From: a virus
Virus record (IMG/VR): IMGVR_UViG_3300025381_000007
Length of the DNA stretch: 64,000 bases
Reading direction: 5' to 3' (one strand)
The stretch's first letter is position 1. Every line of letters starts with the position of its first letter. Shown piece after piece: positions 28,764 to 39,014 of this stretch. The notes beneath the pieces are model-generated. The model was not told the DNA's origin. It searched no databases and saw only the letters and a program-made list of their open reading frames with translations. Made by a program: the position numbers and the translations under genes.

Positions 28764-29284
28764 TTTATTTCTCCTTTTAGGAACTCTTGAATATCAAGTT
28801 CGTATCTTAGACTGTCAATTTTGTGTATGCCTATCAAATATAAAACATATGATGCTACACTACTACCGCGACCTACGCCCCAAACAATATCATGTTCTCG
28901 CATAGTATCTACCAAGTATTTACAATAGTGCAGAACGTCAAACATATTATGTTGAATAAACAGTTCTAACTCTTCGGTGACCCTTGCTGTTTGCTGGTCT
29001 GTAGTACACATACCGTAAAGCATTTCTACAAGATTTGGACAGTAGTCCTTGGGCATAAACCATTCTGTTTGATTTGCTTCATCAAACAGTTCAACGCTGT
29101 CAAACTTATCGTGTTTGATTTTTTTGAGTTCGGGAAATCGATCTGCATTTTTGGATCTTGCTTGATTGAACTGTTCAATCATATCCACATATACATCGTC
29201 AAAGTTAACAATCTTGCCTGCGTATAATGCGTTAAACGCTTCGATTTCTGTTAGTTCAACTTCGCCGTAGTTATTGATTTTCAC
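28760..29284 (-). CDS. Stand-alone fragment of DNA polymerase III alpha (DnaE)
   Basis: WGVGRGSSVASYVLYLIGIHKIDSLRYEL; ends before the PDID motif. Confidence 0.75.
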   Translation of the reverse strand: MKINNYGEVELTEIEAFNALYAGKIVNFDDVYVDMIEQFNQARSKNADRFPELKKIKHDKFDSVELFDEANQTEWFMPKDYCPNLVEMLYGMCTTDQQTARVTEELELFIQHNMFDVLHYCKYLVDTMREHDIVWGVGRGSSVASYVLYLIGIHKIDSLRYELDIQEFLKGEIK

Positions 29285-29822
29285 TCTTACCGCCCTTGAT
29301 AATTCGAGGTTCGAATTTCGGGCTATCATTAAGTTCTAAATCATCCCAGGATACATCTATTGTTGTACCTGTTTCTAGATTGTCCATATTCCACCAATGT
29401 TCGCCCGATAAATCTAATCCAGATTCTTCCGGATCTCGTATACAATACTGTACATGATCTCCAACGGCACTGTCAACAGTCATAAAGCCAATTTCAAAAT
29501 ATTTTGCAGTTATTACTTGGAATTTTCTGAGCAATACACTACCTACAAAATAATCGTAGGGTTCTGTGGGAAACTGTACTAAGTTACTGCTCGATATATT
29601 TAAAGGTTCTAACAATATGTTTTTATCGAAAATAAAAATGCTATTGTGTAAACAACTATCTACAAAAGTTCTTAGTCTTCTAAATCCCATGGCAAGATCA
29701 TGAGGACTTACTGGTTCTATTGCTATCCCTATACTATATTGATTAGGAATAATAGTTGTATCTGATATAAGAGTACAGGCAAAGTTAGTGGGCCAAATGT
29801 AATGTTCTAGGTCATTCGACAT
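29271..29822 (-). CDS. Hypothetical protein
   Basis: Coupled ORF. Confidence 0.65.
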   Translation of the reverse strand: MSNDLEHYIWPTNFACTLISDTTIIPNQYSIGIAIEPVSPHDLAMGFRRLRTFVDSCLHNSIFIFDKNILLEPLNISSSNLVQFPTEPYDYFVGSVLLRKFQVITAKYFEIGFMTVDSAVGDHVQYCIRDPEESGLDLSGEHWWNMDNLETGTTIDVSWDDLELNDSPKFEPRIIKGGKSENQ

Positions 29823-30057
29823 TGATTAAATCATCCAATCCGCTATCTTGACTTTTCTTTGCAAGTGCTTTGTTAGCAGTTACTTGCCGTTGTTGTTGTT
29901 CCATTTTAAATGCATCTAAATTTAAAATAATCTGTTGAGCAACACTACCATTTCCTAATCGTAGTGCTGTATAGTATTTTTTAGTTAACTCGAAAATTTT
30001 GTTATCGAGATCTTGATCTTTCATTTTGCTTAAATCTGGTAATAAGGGATTGAACAT
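29812..30057 (-). CDS. Hypothetical coiled-coil protein
   Basis: Coupled ORF. Confidence 0.65.
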   Translation of the reverse strand: MFNPLLPDLSKMKDQDLDNKIFELTKKYYTALRLGNGSVAQQIILNLDAFKMEQQQRQVTANKALAKKSQDSGLDDLINVE

Positions 30058-30058
30058 A

Positions 30059-31318
30059 TTAAAATCCTATAGCCATCCATTCGATTGCTTCGACTCCCGA
30101 TGCTGGAGTAGAACTGTAACCGGGTGAGTTAATAAATCTAATATTAAATCCGGTAGCTGCTGTATTGACTACTTGGACCTGTGAATCAATACCATTGTCG
30201 TCTGTGATATTCCATGCAGTTGCCATTACTTGTAATGCACCGTTTGGAAAACCTGTTTGTTGAACTCCGTTTTGTATTGGGGAGATACCGGGGATGATCG
30301 GGAATGATATAGTGGTAGTAATGTTTCCTGCTGAGGAAGTATTAAAGGCCGCATTGGCCAAAGTGCCCCAAATCATAATTAATCCACTGGGTAATACATG
30401 GTATCCGACTCCTGTAGTGTTTCCAGTACCGTCGCCACCTGTAAGACTACATCTCCATGTAGCAGTATTATTTCTTTGTTCTATTACTTGATTTGCATCA
30501 GTGAATATTAGATCACCGTCTATGGTTAAATTAACAAATTTTACAGAAGTTGATGTGCTTGATAGATTACCTTGCACATTCATATTTCCATTAACTACCA
30601 GGTTACCGTTGATATTTAGAGAGTTTGTAATACCAACCCCTCCTTGTACAACCAAAGTTCCTGTATTATATGCTGTTGATTCTATTCCAGCAGAAAATAC
30701 AACATCCTGACTAAATGCTTCTGAAAGTAAAGTTGTTACAGTGTTGGCATTGATTACAGTGAATAACTCAAATGTTGGATTTGTAACATATACAACATTG
30801 TCAACAAATGTCGGCGGGGGGTCAAAATAAACAGTATAACCGTCTATAGCAGTTATAGTATATGGGCCACTAGCAGTGGGATTTTTTCCATAAAATGTTC
30901 CCCCTACTAGTAGTTCGGTTGTTGTATTATAAGACATAAAACTACTAGTAGCAGCCGATAGAGATTCTATAGACATTGGTACAACATTTGGAAACATTGC
31001 TATAGAACCTGCGGCAGGGGTATTGTTTGCGTTTTTTCCAATAACTACAACATCATTCAACTGACCGATGCTAATAGAATCTATAGAACCTAATTTTAAA
31101 GTTTTTAAAGCATTAACAATATGAGTTCCTGTAATAATATTAGTAGTTGTATTATTAATAGTAGCTGCTAGTGTATCTATATACGAGTTTAATGTAGTTA
31201 ACGATGCTTGTATATTATTGAAATTGTCACGAAACCCCTGTGCGTTATTATTTTCGCCAGGAAGGGGGTATAGGGAATTTATATTATTAATATATTGTGT
31301 TGCGCCAGTTGTGCTCAT
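30059..31318 (-). CDS. Tail fibre/adhesin paralogue 3
   Basis: YP..G.NNNAQGFRDNF N-terminus; GYHVLPSGLIMIWG...FPNG...WMAIGF C-terminus. Confidence 0.7.
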   Translation of the reverse strand: MSTTGATQYINNINSLYPLPGENNNAQGFRDNFNNIQASLTTLNSYIDTLAATINNTTTNIITGTHIVNALKTLKLGSIDSISIGQLNDVVVIGKNANNTPAAGSIAMFPNVVPMSIESLSAATSSFMSYNTTTELLVGGTFYGKNPTASGPYTITAIDGYTVYFDPPPTFVDNVVYVTNPTFELFTVINANTVTTLLSEAFSQDVVFSAGIESTAYNTGTLVVQGGVGITNSLNINGNLVVNGNMNVQGNLSSTSTSVKFVNLTIDGDLIFTDANQVIEQRNNTATWRCSLTGGDGTGNTTGVGYHVLPSGLIMIWGTLANAAFNTSSAGNITTTISFPIIPGISPIQNGVQQTGFPNGALQVMATAWNITDDNGIDSQVQVVNTAATGFNIRFINSPGYSSTPASGVEAIEWMAIGF

Positions 31319-31322
31319 AATT

Positions 31323-32411
31323 TTAGTGTCCTATTGCAAACCAAGTAAACGCTCCGGCCGAAGAGTTTTGAACTGCTGATGCATTACTCATAAACACAAA
31401 CGAAGAATTGTTATAACTAACAATATTTGGAAATACGTCCCAATAAAATGCTCCGGGTGTTCCTGGAGTATTATTTGCTGGCGGTGTTCCTGCGGCCCCT
31501 GCATTGTAGTTTAAGTTCCAATAGCTCATTTGAAGATTTAAACATGCATTTGGAAATCCGGGATTAGATTGTCCAGGCAATGTTGGGAATGGAATTGTAT
31601 TTGTCGATTGCCAAGAAACTAACCCAGTAGTCCCCCACATCATTATTAATCCTGTGGGTAATATTTGATATCCTGAGGTAAGATTAGTAGCAGACGATGT
31701 AGAGGAAGTGATTGATTGTGTGTCTGAAGTAACAAAAAAGTTTAAAAAAGATGATGTGTTTAAAATAATAGCAGGGGATGCATCATTATTTTTATCTTTA
31801 AGTATTAAATTGCCAGTTAAGGTAACACCGTTAAACGTTACATTACTTGATGTATTGATCAGATTTCCTTGAACAGTTAAGTTTCCATTAATGCCAAGAC
31901 CGCCACCAACATTTAATGTTTTGCTAATACCGACCCCACCTTCTACAACTAACGTACCGTTGGTATAAGCATCTGAATCATCTCCAGCAGATAATATTAA
32001 ATCTTGATTAAATGACTGCGATATCATCTTATTAACATCGCTACTAGTCACTACTACAAAATCTTGGAATATAGGATTACTTCCGTTTTTAAAAAACCCC
32101 ACAGACCCTGCTGCTGCTGTTCCGTCTGGATTTTGTCCAGTGATAACAATATCGCCTAACTGTCCGGTACTGATGTTAGTTCCTGTACCTAATTTTAACA
32201 AGGTTAATGCAGATAATAGTTGTGTAGCAGTAACAGTTGATGCATTTACATTTAATGTAGTTCCTGCTAAGTTATCCATGTAGGAGTTTAAATCATTCAA
32301 CGAAGTTTGTATATAGTTGAAATTATTTCTAAATGTCTGGCTGGAGTTATCTATACCCGATTGTGGATATAGTGTATTAATAAGTTGTGTACTAGTTAAG
32401 GCTGCGGTCAT
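31323..32411 (-). CDS. Tail fibre/adhesin paralogue 2
   Basis: Same N-terminus; GYQILPTGLIMMWG...FPNAC...WFAIGH. Confidence 0.7.
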   Translation of the reverse strand: MTAALTSTQLINTLYPQSGIDNSSQTFRNNFNYIQTSLNDLNSYMDNLAGTTLNVNASTVTATQLLSALTLLKLGTGTNISTGQLGDIVITGQNPDGTAAAGSVGFFKNGSNPIFQDFVVVTSSDVNKMISQSFNQDLILSAGDDSDAYTNGTLVVEGGVGISKTLNVGGGLGINGNLTVQGNLINTSSNVTFNGVTLTGNLILKDKNNDASPAIILNTSSFLNFFVTSDTQSITSSTSSATNLTSGYQILPTGLIMMWGTTGLVSWQSTNTIPFPTLPGQSNPGFPNACLNLQMSYWNLNYNAGAAGTPPANNTPGTPGAFYWDVFPNIVSYNNSSFVFMSNASAVQNSSAGAFTWFAIGH

Positions 32412-32434
32412 TGTTTTTATCTTTATTTATTGGG

Positions 32435-33610
32435 TCAATAACCTGTTGCAAACCAAATAACACTACTGCCGCCATTGGCACCGTTGTGTGTTTTGTTGTT
32501 TATTAGAGTTAGGCCTTGTGCTGATATACTTACAATCTGAGACATCATAGCATAATTTGTAGTAGCCGCTGAGTTTTGTACAACTGTTTGTGCATTAACA
32601 CAGGCATTTGGAAATCCGGGAGTTGAATATCCTGGTAATGTCGGAAACACCACAGACCCTTGATTATCGAATGGAATATATGAACTTACACCCCACATCC
32701 ATATCATTCCTCCAGGAAATACCTGATATCCGCCGTTAGCATTAAATGACGAATCCCATGAATTAACATTTAGTACTAGAGTTGGTGAAGCATCGTTGTT
32801 AGAATCTGCAAGAGTAAGATTACCTGCTACCATTAATCCGTTTAATACTGTATTTGCAGAGTTTGATGTATAGTTTCCCACTAGATTTACATCGCCAGTG
32901 ATATTAGTATTACTATTAACATATACATTACCACTAACTCCCATACCGCCTTGTACCTGTAAGGCACCTGATGTAGTTGAAGTTGAATCGTGTCCGTCTG
33001 TTAGAGTGACTATTCCTGCAAATGCTGACGAAATTAAATTACTAACTGTACTGGCATTAATAACAGTGTAGTCCTGAAAAATAGGATTTGTAATGTTTAT
33101 TCCTACATCGTCAAATCCAGGATCTGGACTAACATAAATGGTATATCCATCTACACCTGTGACAGTATAAACTGTGGTTGTATTAACAGGTGTAAATGAA
33201 GCACCTGGTAAAATATTTGTTGTAGTATTGAAAGTTGTAATAGAATGTGAACTAGACGAAATACTTTTAACTGCTATTGGTATAACATTAGGAAAAAATG
33301 CTATAGATCCTACAGCAGCAGTCCCATTAGGATTAACACCTTGAACTTTAGTTTCGTTTGATGAACCTACAGTAATAAAGTTGTTAGCACCTAACTGTAA
33401 AGTTTGTGACGCAACTATAGTAGTTGCAGTAACACTTGGGGCATTTATATTAGACGGTGGACTAGCCAACGCATTCATATAAGAATCTAAACTTGCCAAG
33501 GCCTGTTTAATATTTCCAAAATTATCGCGAAATCCTTGAGCATTGTTAAGTACTCCGGATGTTGGGTAGTTTACATTAATTTTGTTAATATATGGCAGTG
33601 CCGATGTCAT
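32435..33610 (-). CDS. Tail fibre/adhesin paralogue 1
   Basis: Same N-terminus; GYQVFPGGMIWMWG...FPNAC...WFATGY. Confidence 0.7.
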   Translation of the reverse strand: MTSALPYINKINVNYPTSGVLNNAQGFRDNFGNIKQALASLDSYMNALASPPSNINAPSVTATTIVASQTLQLGANNFITVGSSNETKVQGVNPNGTAAVGSIAFFPNVIPIAVKSISSSSHSITTFNTTTNILPGASFTPVNTTTVYTVTGVDGYTIYVSPDPGFDDVGINITNPIFQDYTVINASTVSNLISSAFAGIVTLTDGHDSTSTTSGALQVQGGMGVSGNVYVNSNTNITGDVNLVGNYTSNSANTVLNGLMVAGNLTLADSNNDASPTLVLNVNSWDSSFNANGGYQVFPGGMIWMWGVSSYIPFDNQGSVVFPTLPGYSTPGFPNACVNAQTVVQNSAATTNYAMMSQIVSISAQGLTLINNKTHNGANGGSSVIWFATGY

Positions 33611-33645
33611 TGTTATCTCCAGATAGTCTTATTTATTGTTAAAAA

Positions 33646-35526
33646 TCAATCAAAAAAGAACATCTGCCATAGTCTACAGTTATCTTGATTATATCCAAAA
33701 TATCCCAGTGCAGAATGTAGGTATCCTGCGTTAAAAATAACTAATCTGTTGTAAACATTTCCGATAACATCTACAGGTTCTAAAATAGTTTTATCTAGAT
33801 TTTGCGAACCCGGTCTAAACGCCTCCATAATGCCTTCTTGACTGTTATGGAACACTCTATTCTTTTTAATGGCATGTGTGCCTGTACCTGTTTCGAAAGG
33901 AGCATCGGGAGTTAGATAAATCATAGCAGCCCATTTTTGACTGTCGCAATGATAAACTAATGGCTCACCTTCTGTGTTATATTGAAAACGACCATTCATA
34001 CCATGTTCTTCCCACGCAGTGATTTCGCGACCCATGATACGTTCAAACTCAGGTTTTAGTTCAGGGAATAAAAACTGTTTAAAAGTTCTACGTCCAATAT
34101 ATCCCCGACCGATACCACCTTGATGATATTCTTGTTCAAGTGCAAACTTTCTAATAGCATCCGGATCTTTATAAAAGTTATCTACGACCCAAAATCCCGG
34201 TCTAGGATTGCTATTGATTTTGCTATTAGAAATAACAGTATTAATACTTCTATTAATGAGAGGTGCCTTAACTACAGTAGGCTCTGGGAACATATAGTCT
34301 CCAGCATACTGTAAATTATATTCAGTAACATTCTGCATCTTAGCAAGCACTTCCGCATCTATTAGATCAGGGTGTGCCCACCAATCTTCATAACTGTGAA
34401 GTTTATTATATCCAATGTCGTTGGCAACTAATACATACCCTTTAGATTTCAAAAACTCTCTAGACTGGTCTCGTATTGATTGATCAACATAGTAATCGTG
34501 TTCATAAGTGATTACCGCAAACTTGTGTGTGTCGAATGGTATTTTTTTTAAGATATTAAATGTTTGCTCAGGAGGATCGCAATCTAGTTGAAGAAAATCT
34601 ATTGTCTTTTCTAAGTTAACTTTATCAATGAACTTGGTGTAATCAATTTGTGTAGCGTCTAAACAAAACACTAGATTATTTCTTTCGTTCATGAACTTTT
34701 CAACAAGTTCCCTGTTAAAATCAATACTAGCGCCAGTCCATCCGAATTTAGTTTCTAATAATGCTGTGTTATTGCTTTTAAATGGATCGGCACTACCTAT
34801 TTCTAAATAAGTTCCGTTTGTTTTTCCATTTAACATAGATAGCACAAACATGTCTTGATATGATTGCGAATAGTTGTCATCGATTGTTTCGATGTTATTA
34901 AACTTAAATCGTATATTGTCTAACATTGACTTTTTATATTTAGATACTGTATATCGAGTTGCTGTATTTTGAGGATAACCAATAGAGTTAAGATTATTTT
35001 CTACAATATTTGAAAATAACTCTTCCATAGGATAGTTGTATTTTAGATCAGCCATGATTTCTCGGGCCTCTTCATTTTTACCAACCCACCATGCTGCTAC
35101 ACCTTTTTGGAAATATAATCCATACCACCCCGGATATAATACATCTGATCGTAATGGATCTTGATTAAACTCACATATTGTTAGCCCTAATACAGCAAAT
35201 GTATAAGAGTTTTGCCAATCTTTTTTCTTTTCGTATAATCTGCTTAACAAGAAATATGCTTCTGGTCTGTTGTGTATTAGTACGATGGCTTTTTGTAAGA
35301 TTGCTTCTTCGGTCATGTCTCTGAGACCTTGCCGATCAAAACATCTAGCACATTTAAGTAATGCTTCATATTGTTTTAAATCGTCAGTGGCACGTTCTGC
35401 GGCACGTAGATAAAAACTCAATGCAGCACCTGTTTGACCTAATGAATCGTATTCCAGTGCTAGGTTAAAATTAGCATCCGAATCTTCTGGGTTATCAATG
35501 TAATAAGAAAGTTGTGTTAGTTGCAT
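33646..35526 (-). CDS. TPR + FkbM-like methyltransferase + 2OG-Fe(II) oxygenase-like fusion
   Basis: Helical repeats with RPEAY; SQSYQD...YLEIGS...NT..LE; VVDNFY...HCD...LH. Confidence 0.7.
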   Translation of the reverse strand: MQLTQLSYYIDNPEDSDANFNLALEYDSLGQTGAALSFYLRAAERATDDLKQYEALLKCARCFDRQGLRDMTEEAILQKAIVLIHNRPEAYFLLSRLYEKKKDWQNSYTFAVLGLTICEFNQDPLRSDVLYPGWYGLYFQKGVAAWWVGKNEEAREIMADLKYNYPMEELFSNIVENNLNSIGYPQNTATRYTVSKYKKSMLDNIRFKFNNIETIDDNYSQSYQDMFVLSMLNGKTNGTYLEIGSADPFKSNNTALLETKFGWTGASIDFNRELVEKFMNERNNLVFCLDATQIDYTKFIDKVNLEKTIDFLQLDCDPPEQTFNILKKIPFDTHKFAVITYEHDYYVDQSIRDQSREFLKSKGYVLVANDIGYNKLHSYEDWWAHPDLIDAEVLAKMQNVTEYNLQYAGDYMFPEPTVVKAPLINRSINTVISNSKINSNPRPGFWVVDNFYKDPDAIRKFALEQEYHQGGIGRGYIGRRTFKQFLFPELKPEFERIMGREITAWEEHGMNGRFQYNTEGEPLVYHCDSQKWAAMIYLTPDAPFETGTGTHAIKKNRVFHNSQEGIMEAFRPGSQNLDKTILEPVDVIGNVYNRLVIFNAGYLHSALGYFGYNQDNCRLWQMFFFD

Positions 35527-35527
35527 T

Positions 35528-36532
35528 TTATTCTTTCAATAAATCTGCTAAAAGTGATTCTGGCATTTTAACAATAAATGCAGCATTATCTTGGAATCCA
35601 AAGGACAACAATAAGTCTCCTTTATAAAATGTTGCTCCACAGCAAAACTCGATATCAGCCTTCATGAAACTAAATGTGTCAGTATATTTGATCAAGTTCC
35701 AGTTTTTATCCCAAACTAGAAATCTATGAAGATATGTTCCGTCCTTTTCTCCTGCAGGACTCTTAAACAAGTTTACCTCGTGTATCAAAGCAATATAATA
35801 ATCGCCGTACGGAATAACATGGCTACTTCCTCTAAAGTCTGGAACTCCTTGAATGTACGTGGTTTCATCTAAATGAATAGTAGTTGTAGTATTGTTTACC
35901 GGATCAAATTTTACAACTTCTGTTGGATTACACCATTTAACGTATGTAAACGGTTGATCCAAGACTGGCATCCAGTTTTTTTCGCAATATGTATCGTTTA
36001 GTTTAGTAGCGGGGATTCTTGTTCTTTTTATTTCTTTTGCTGAGCTACTTGAAATCTCTAACTCAGACAGTTCCATACGTCCTTGTCCATTAGTTGTGGT
36101 ATCTCTACGAACACCACAATGATAAAGCGTATCATTCCATCGAAATAATCTAGCATCTTCTAGACCAATAAACTCCCAAAGTGGTTCTACATCTAACTTT
36201 GATGTATCTACTTTGTTTACTGTTTTAATGGTTAAATCTTCATTTAGTTCAGCAATATAATTCCAAGTACGCAGTTTAATATCGTTTTCAGGATGAATAT
36301 ATTGTAAAGGCCCCCAACGATGTTGGAATTGTTTGCGCTCAGAATGGTATAATGTATAGTTTACATGGCGAATGTTACACAGGATTTTGTCTCCATCTAT
36401 ATAAATGGAAGGGTTCATTAATCCAGTGCCATTGGTTTGATCTGCTGGAATTATGAGTGGATGTATGCTGCCACCGGCATCTATGGCACATTTGACCAAG
36501 CCGTACTTTTTAAATTTGGATATTAAGCTCAT
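35528..36532 (-). CDS. Beta-propeller glycoside hydrolase/phosphorylase-like protein
   Basis: NPSI, GLEDARL, EKNWMP, IEFCCG, SFGFQD motifs. Confidence 0.6.
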   Translation of the reverse strand: MSLISKFKKYGLVKCAIDAGGSIHPLIIPADQTNGTGLMNPSIYIDGDKILCNIRHVNYTLYHSERKQFQHRWGPLQYIHPENDIKLRTWNYIAELNEDLTIKTVNKVDTSKLDVEPLWEFIGLEDARLFRWNDTLYHCGVRRDTTTNGQGRMELSELEISSSSAKEIKRTRIPATKLNDTYCEKNWMPVLDQPFTYVKWCNPTEVVKFDPVNNTTTTIHLDETTYIQGVPDFRGSSHVIPYGDYYIALIHEVNLFKSPAGEKDGTYLHRFLVWDKNWNLIKYTDTFSFMKADIEFCCGATFYKGDLLLSFGFQDNAAFIVKMPESLLADLLKE

Positions 36533-36583
36533 GTAACCTTAAATAATTTTAGACAAACTATTTAAGGTTAGGGGTAGTTGTAC

Positions 36584-38968
36584 TTAACTATTCTTGAGTG
36601 CTGCTATTTCTGTTGTTAACTCTTTAATAGCTTCAATTAATACGCCTACAATATTACCGTAAGCAACACTTAACAATCCATTTTCGTTATCGATAACAAC
36701 TTCTGGTAATATTTTTTGTATTTCTTGAGCAATAACACCTGTACCGTCTTTATTATTATCCAAACGTGTGTATGTTACACCTCGCATAGACATTACTTTA
36801 TCTAACGCATTTTGTATAGTTTTTACATCTGTTTTAATACGCTCATCGGAATATGCTGTGACGTTTCCGCCGCAAGTCAAATCTCCGTTATAGGTTAATC
36901 CACTGCTACCAGTTACACCACTTCCGGTACCGTAAACGACATAACTATTAGAAATACTTAGTGTAGCACCACTGGTACCTTGCGGACCTGTGCCTCCTGT
37001 ACTGCCAGTTGATCCTGTGGTACCTTGCGGCCCAGTTGATCCTGTTGATCCGGTATATCCTTGCAGTCCGGTAGAACCATTAGAACCATTAGATCCAGCA
37101 GTTCCTTGTGGTCCAGTAGAGCCTGGATTACCTTGTGGTCCTGCACCTCCAGTAGTTCCCTGTGCACCTGTAGATCCAGTTGTACCTTGAGCGCCTGTAG
37201 CACCAGTAGTTCCTTGCGGTCCGGTAGAACCAACAAATCCTTGGGTACCAGTAGTTCCTTGCGGTCCGGTGGCACCTGTAGTACCTTGTGGTCCCGTAGC
37301 ACCTGTTGTTCCCTGAGAACCTGTGCCACCACTGCTACCAGCACTACCTTGTAGACCAGTACTACCCTGAGTACCACTGCCTCCACTGCTACCAGCACTA
37401 CCTTGTAGACCAGTACTACCCTGAGTACCACTGCCTCCACTGCTACCAGCACTACCTTGTAGACCAGTAGCACCTGTTGTTCCTTGATTACCAGAACCAT
37501 TTGCCCCTTGGAAGCCCTGTACCCCAGTTTGCCCTTGAATGCTACCTGCTTGTCCTTGAACACCTTGTATTCCTGCACCCTGTAAACCTTGAGTTCCTTG
37601 TGTTCCCTGTGTACCTTGCGTTCCGTAAACACCTTGAACTGATGTACCTTGAACACCTTGAACACCTTGGATGCCCTGAGTTCCTTGTGTACCTTGCGTT
37701 CCGTAAACACCTTGTATAGAAGGCCCTTGAGTTCCTTGGATGCCTTGAATTCCTTGGACACTACCTGCTTGTCCTTGAACACCTTGTATGGCTGGACCTT
37801 GAATACCCTGTGTTCCTTGGATGCCGGTGGTTCCTTGAACCGATATTCCTTGTAAACCTTGTGTTCCCTGAGTTCCTTGTGTGCCCTGACTACCTTGAAG
37901 TCCTTGCAAGCCCTGAGTACCTTGAATACCTTGAGCCCCGATACCGCCCGTAAATCCTTGTGTACCGTTTGATCCTTGAATACCTTGAATACCTTGAATA
38001 CCTTGAATACCTTGGATACCTTGGATACCTTGATTTCCCTGTAAACCTTGAATACCTTGATTTCCCTGTAAACCTTGAATACCTTGATTTCCCTGTAAAC
38101 CTTGAATACCTTGGCTACCAGTAGCACCTTGCGGCCCTGTAAACTGTACTCCGTTGTGATATATGTATCCACCGAGATAGATGTCACCGTCGATACCAGC
38201 ACCCCCGGCAACATATAAAGCATTACTTGCTGTAACAACCGTGTTGGCTGTACTCAATACATTAACAATCGGTGCAGAAAATACATTATTACTATAACTT
38301 ACATTAGTAGTAGCATATTCTGCTGAAAACCCTGGGAAAGTTCCCTTGGCCAATACAGGATAAAACACACTAGAATCTGTGTTTAATATTTGAGCAAGAT
38401 TTGTTTGATTAGCAAATCCTACCCCGATACTAGAAGTTGTAACCCAAGTGGCTGTATTACCCTGGCTTAATAGGATAGTACCAGTTGAACCGATGGGAAT
38501 AAATGCAGTGGTATTAGGCGCACTTTGAATAAGAATACTACCGGTATTACCGCCTATTACATTTTGTACTGTATTTGGAGTAACACCCTGTAGTCCTTGA
38601 AGTCCTTGAAGTCCTTGATTACCTTGTAGTCCTTGAATGCCTTGTAAACCTTGGGTCCCTTGAGTTCCCTGCAGGCCCTGTATCCCTTGAATACCTTGAA
38701 TACCTTGATTTCCCTGTAACCCTTGAATGCCTTGTATGCCCTGTAAACCTTGAGTTCCCTGAAATCCCTGTAAACCTTGAGTTCCCTGGGTGCCTTGAGC
38801 ACCAGTCGGTCCTTGCGGCAGTGGCGTTTGATTAAGTAGTTCTAAAACTTGAGGAGTTGTAATAAGGCCATCCACCCCACCAACTTGGACAATGAACTCA
38901 GTCGTACCGACTGTTGGGCTAGTAATCACTGGCAAAGAAGTAAGATTTGGTCTATTGGTAATGGTCAT
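36584..38968 (-). CDS. Collagen-like fibre with C-terminal S74 intramolecular chaperone
   Basis: Long Gly-X-Y runs dominated by G-x-Q; YSDERIKT...[15 protein letters not shown]...[17 protein letters not shown]. Confidence 0.88.
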   Translation of the reverse strand: MTITNRPNLTSLPVITSPTVGTTEFIVQVGGVDGLITTPQVLELLNQTPLPQGPTGAQGTQGTQGLQGFQGTQGLQGIQGIQGLQGNQGIQGIQGIQGLQGTQGTQGLQGIQGLQGNQGLQGLQGLQGVTPNTVQNVIGGNTGSILIQSAPNTTAFIPIGSTGTILLSQGNTATWVTTSSIGVGFANQTNLAQILNTDSSVFYPVLAKGTFPGFSAEYATTNVSYSNNVFSAPIVNVLSTANTVVTASNALYVAGGAGIDGDIYLGGYIYHNGVQFTGPQGATGSQGIQGLQGNQGIQGLQGNQGIQGLQGNQGIQGIQGIQGIQGIQGIQGSNGTQGFTGGIGAQGIQGTQGLQGLQGSQGTQGTQGTQGLQGISVQGTTGIQGTQGIQGPAIQGVQGQAGSVQGIQGIQGTQGPSIQGVYGTQGTQGTQGIQGVQGVQGTSVQGVYGTQGTQGTQGTQGLQGAGIQGVQGQAGSIQGQTGVQGFQGANGSGNQGTTGATGLQGSAGSSGGSGTQGSTGLQGSAGSSGGSGTQGSTGLQGSAGSSGGTGSQGTTGATGPQGTTGATGPQGTTGTQGFVGSTGPQGTTGATGAQGTTGSTGAQGTTGGAGPQGNPGSTGPQGTAGSNGSNGSTGLQGYTGSTGSTGPQGTTGSTGSTGGTGPQGTSGATLSISNSYVVYGTGSGVTGSSGLTYNGDLTCGGNVTAYSDERIKTDVKTIQNALDKVMSMRGVTYTRLDNNKDGTGVIAQEIQKILPEVVIDNENGLLSVAYGNIVGVLIEAIKELTTEIAALKNS
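36975..38140 (-). repeat. Collagen-coding 9/27/45-bp tandem repeats
   Basis: (ACCTTGAAT)n near 37975-38010; 27-bp units near 38030-38110; 45-bp units near 37330-37470. Confidence 0.85.
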
Positions 38969-39014
38969 TTTTCAAAATACCTAGTTATTTTTATTGTATA
39001 TTTATTGTTTTTTC

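Noticed and set aside
30059-33610. Diversity-generating retroelement acting on the fibre tips
   Set aside because: No reverse transcriptase and no near-identical template/variable repeat pair differing at adenines was seen.
36958-38238. 426-aa KVFKV-repeat ORF and other alternative-frame ORFs in the collagen gene
   Set aside because: Shadow frames of the Gly-X-Gln repeat, which lacks stops in shifted frames.
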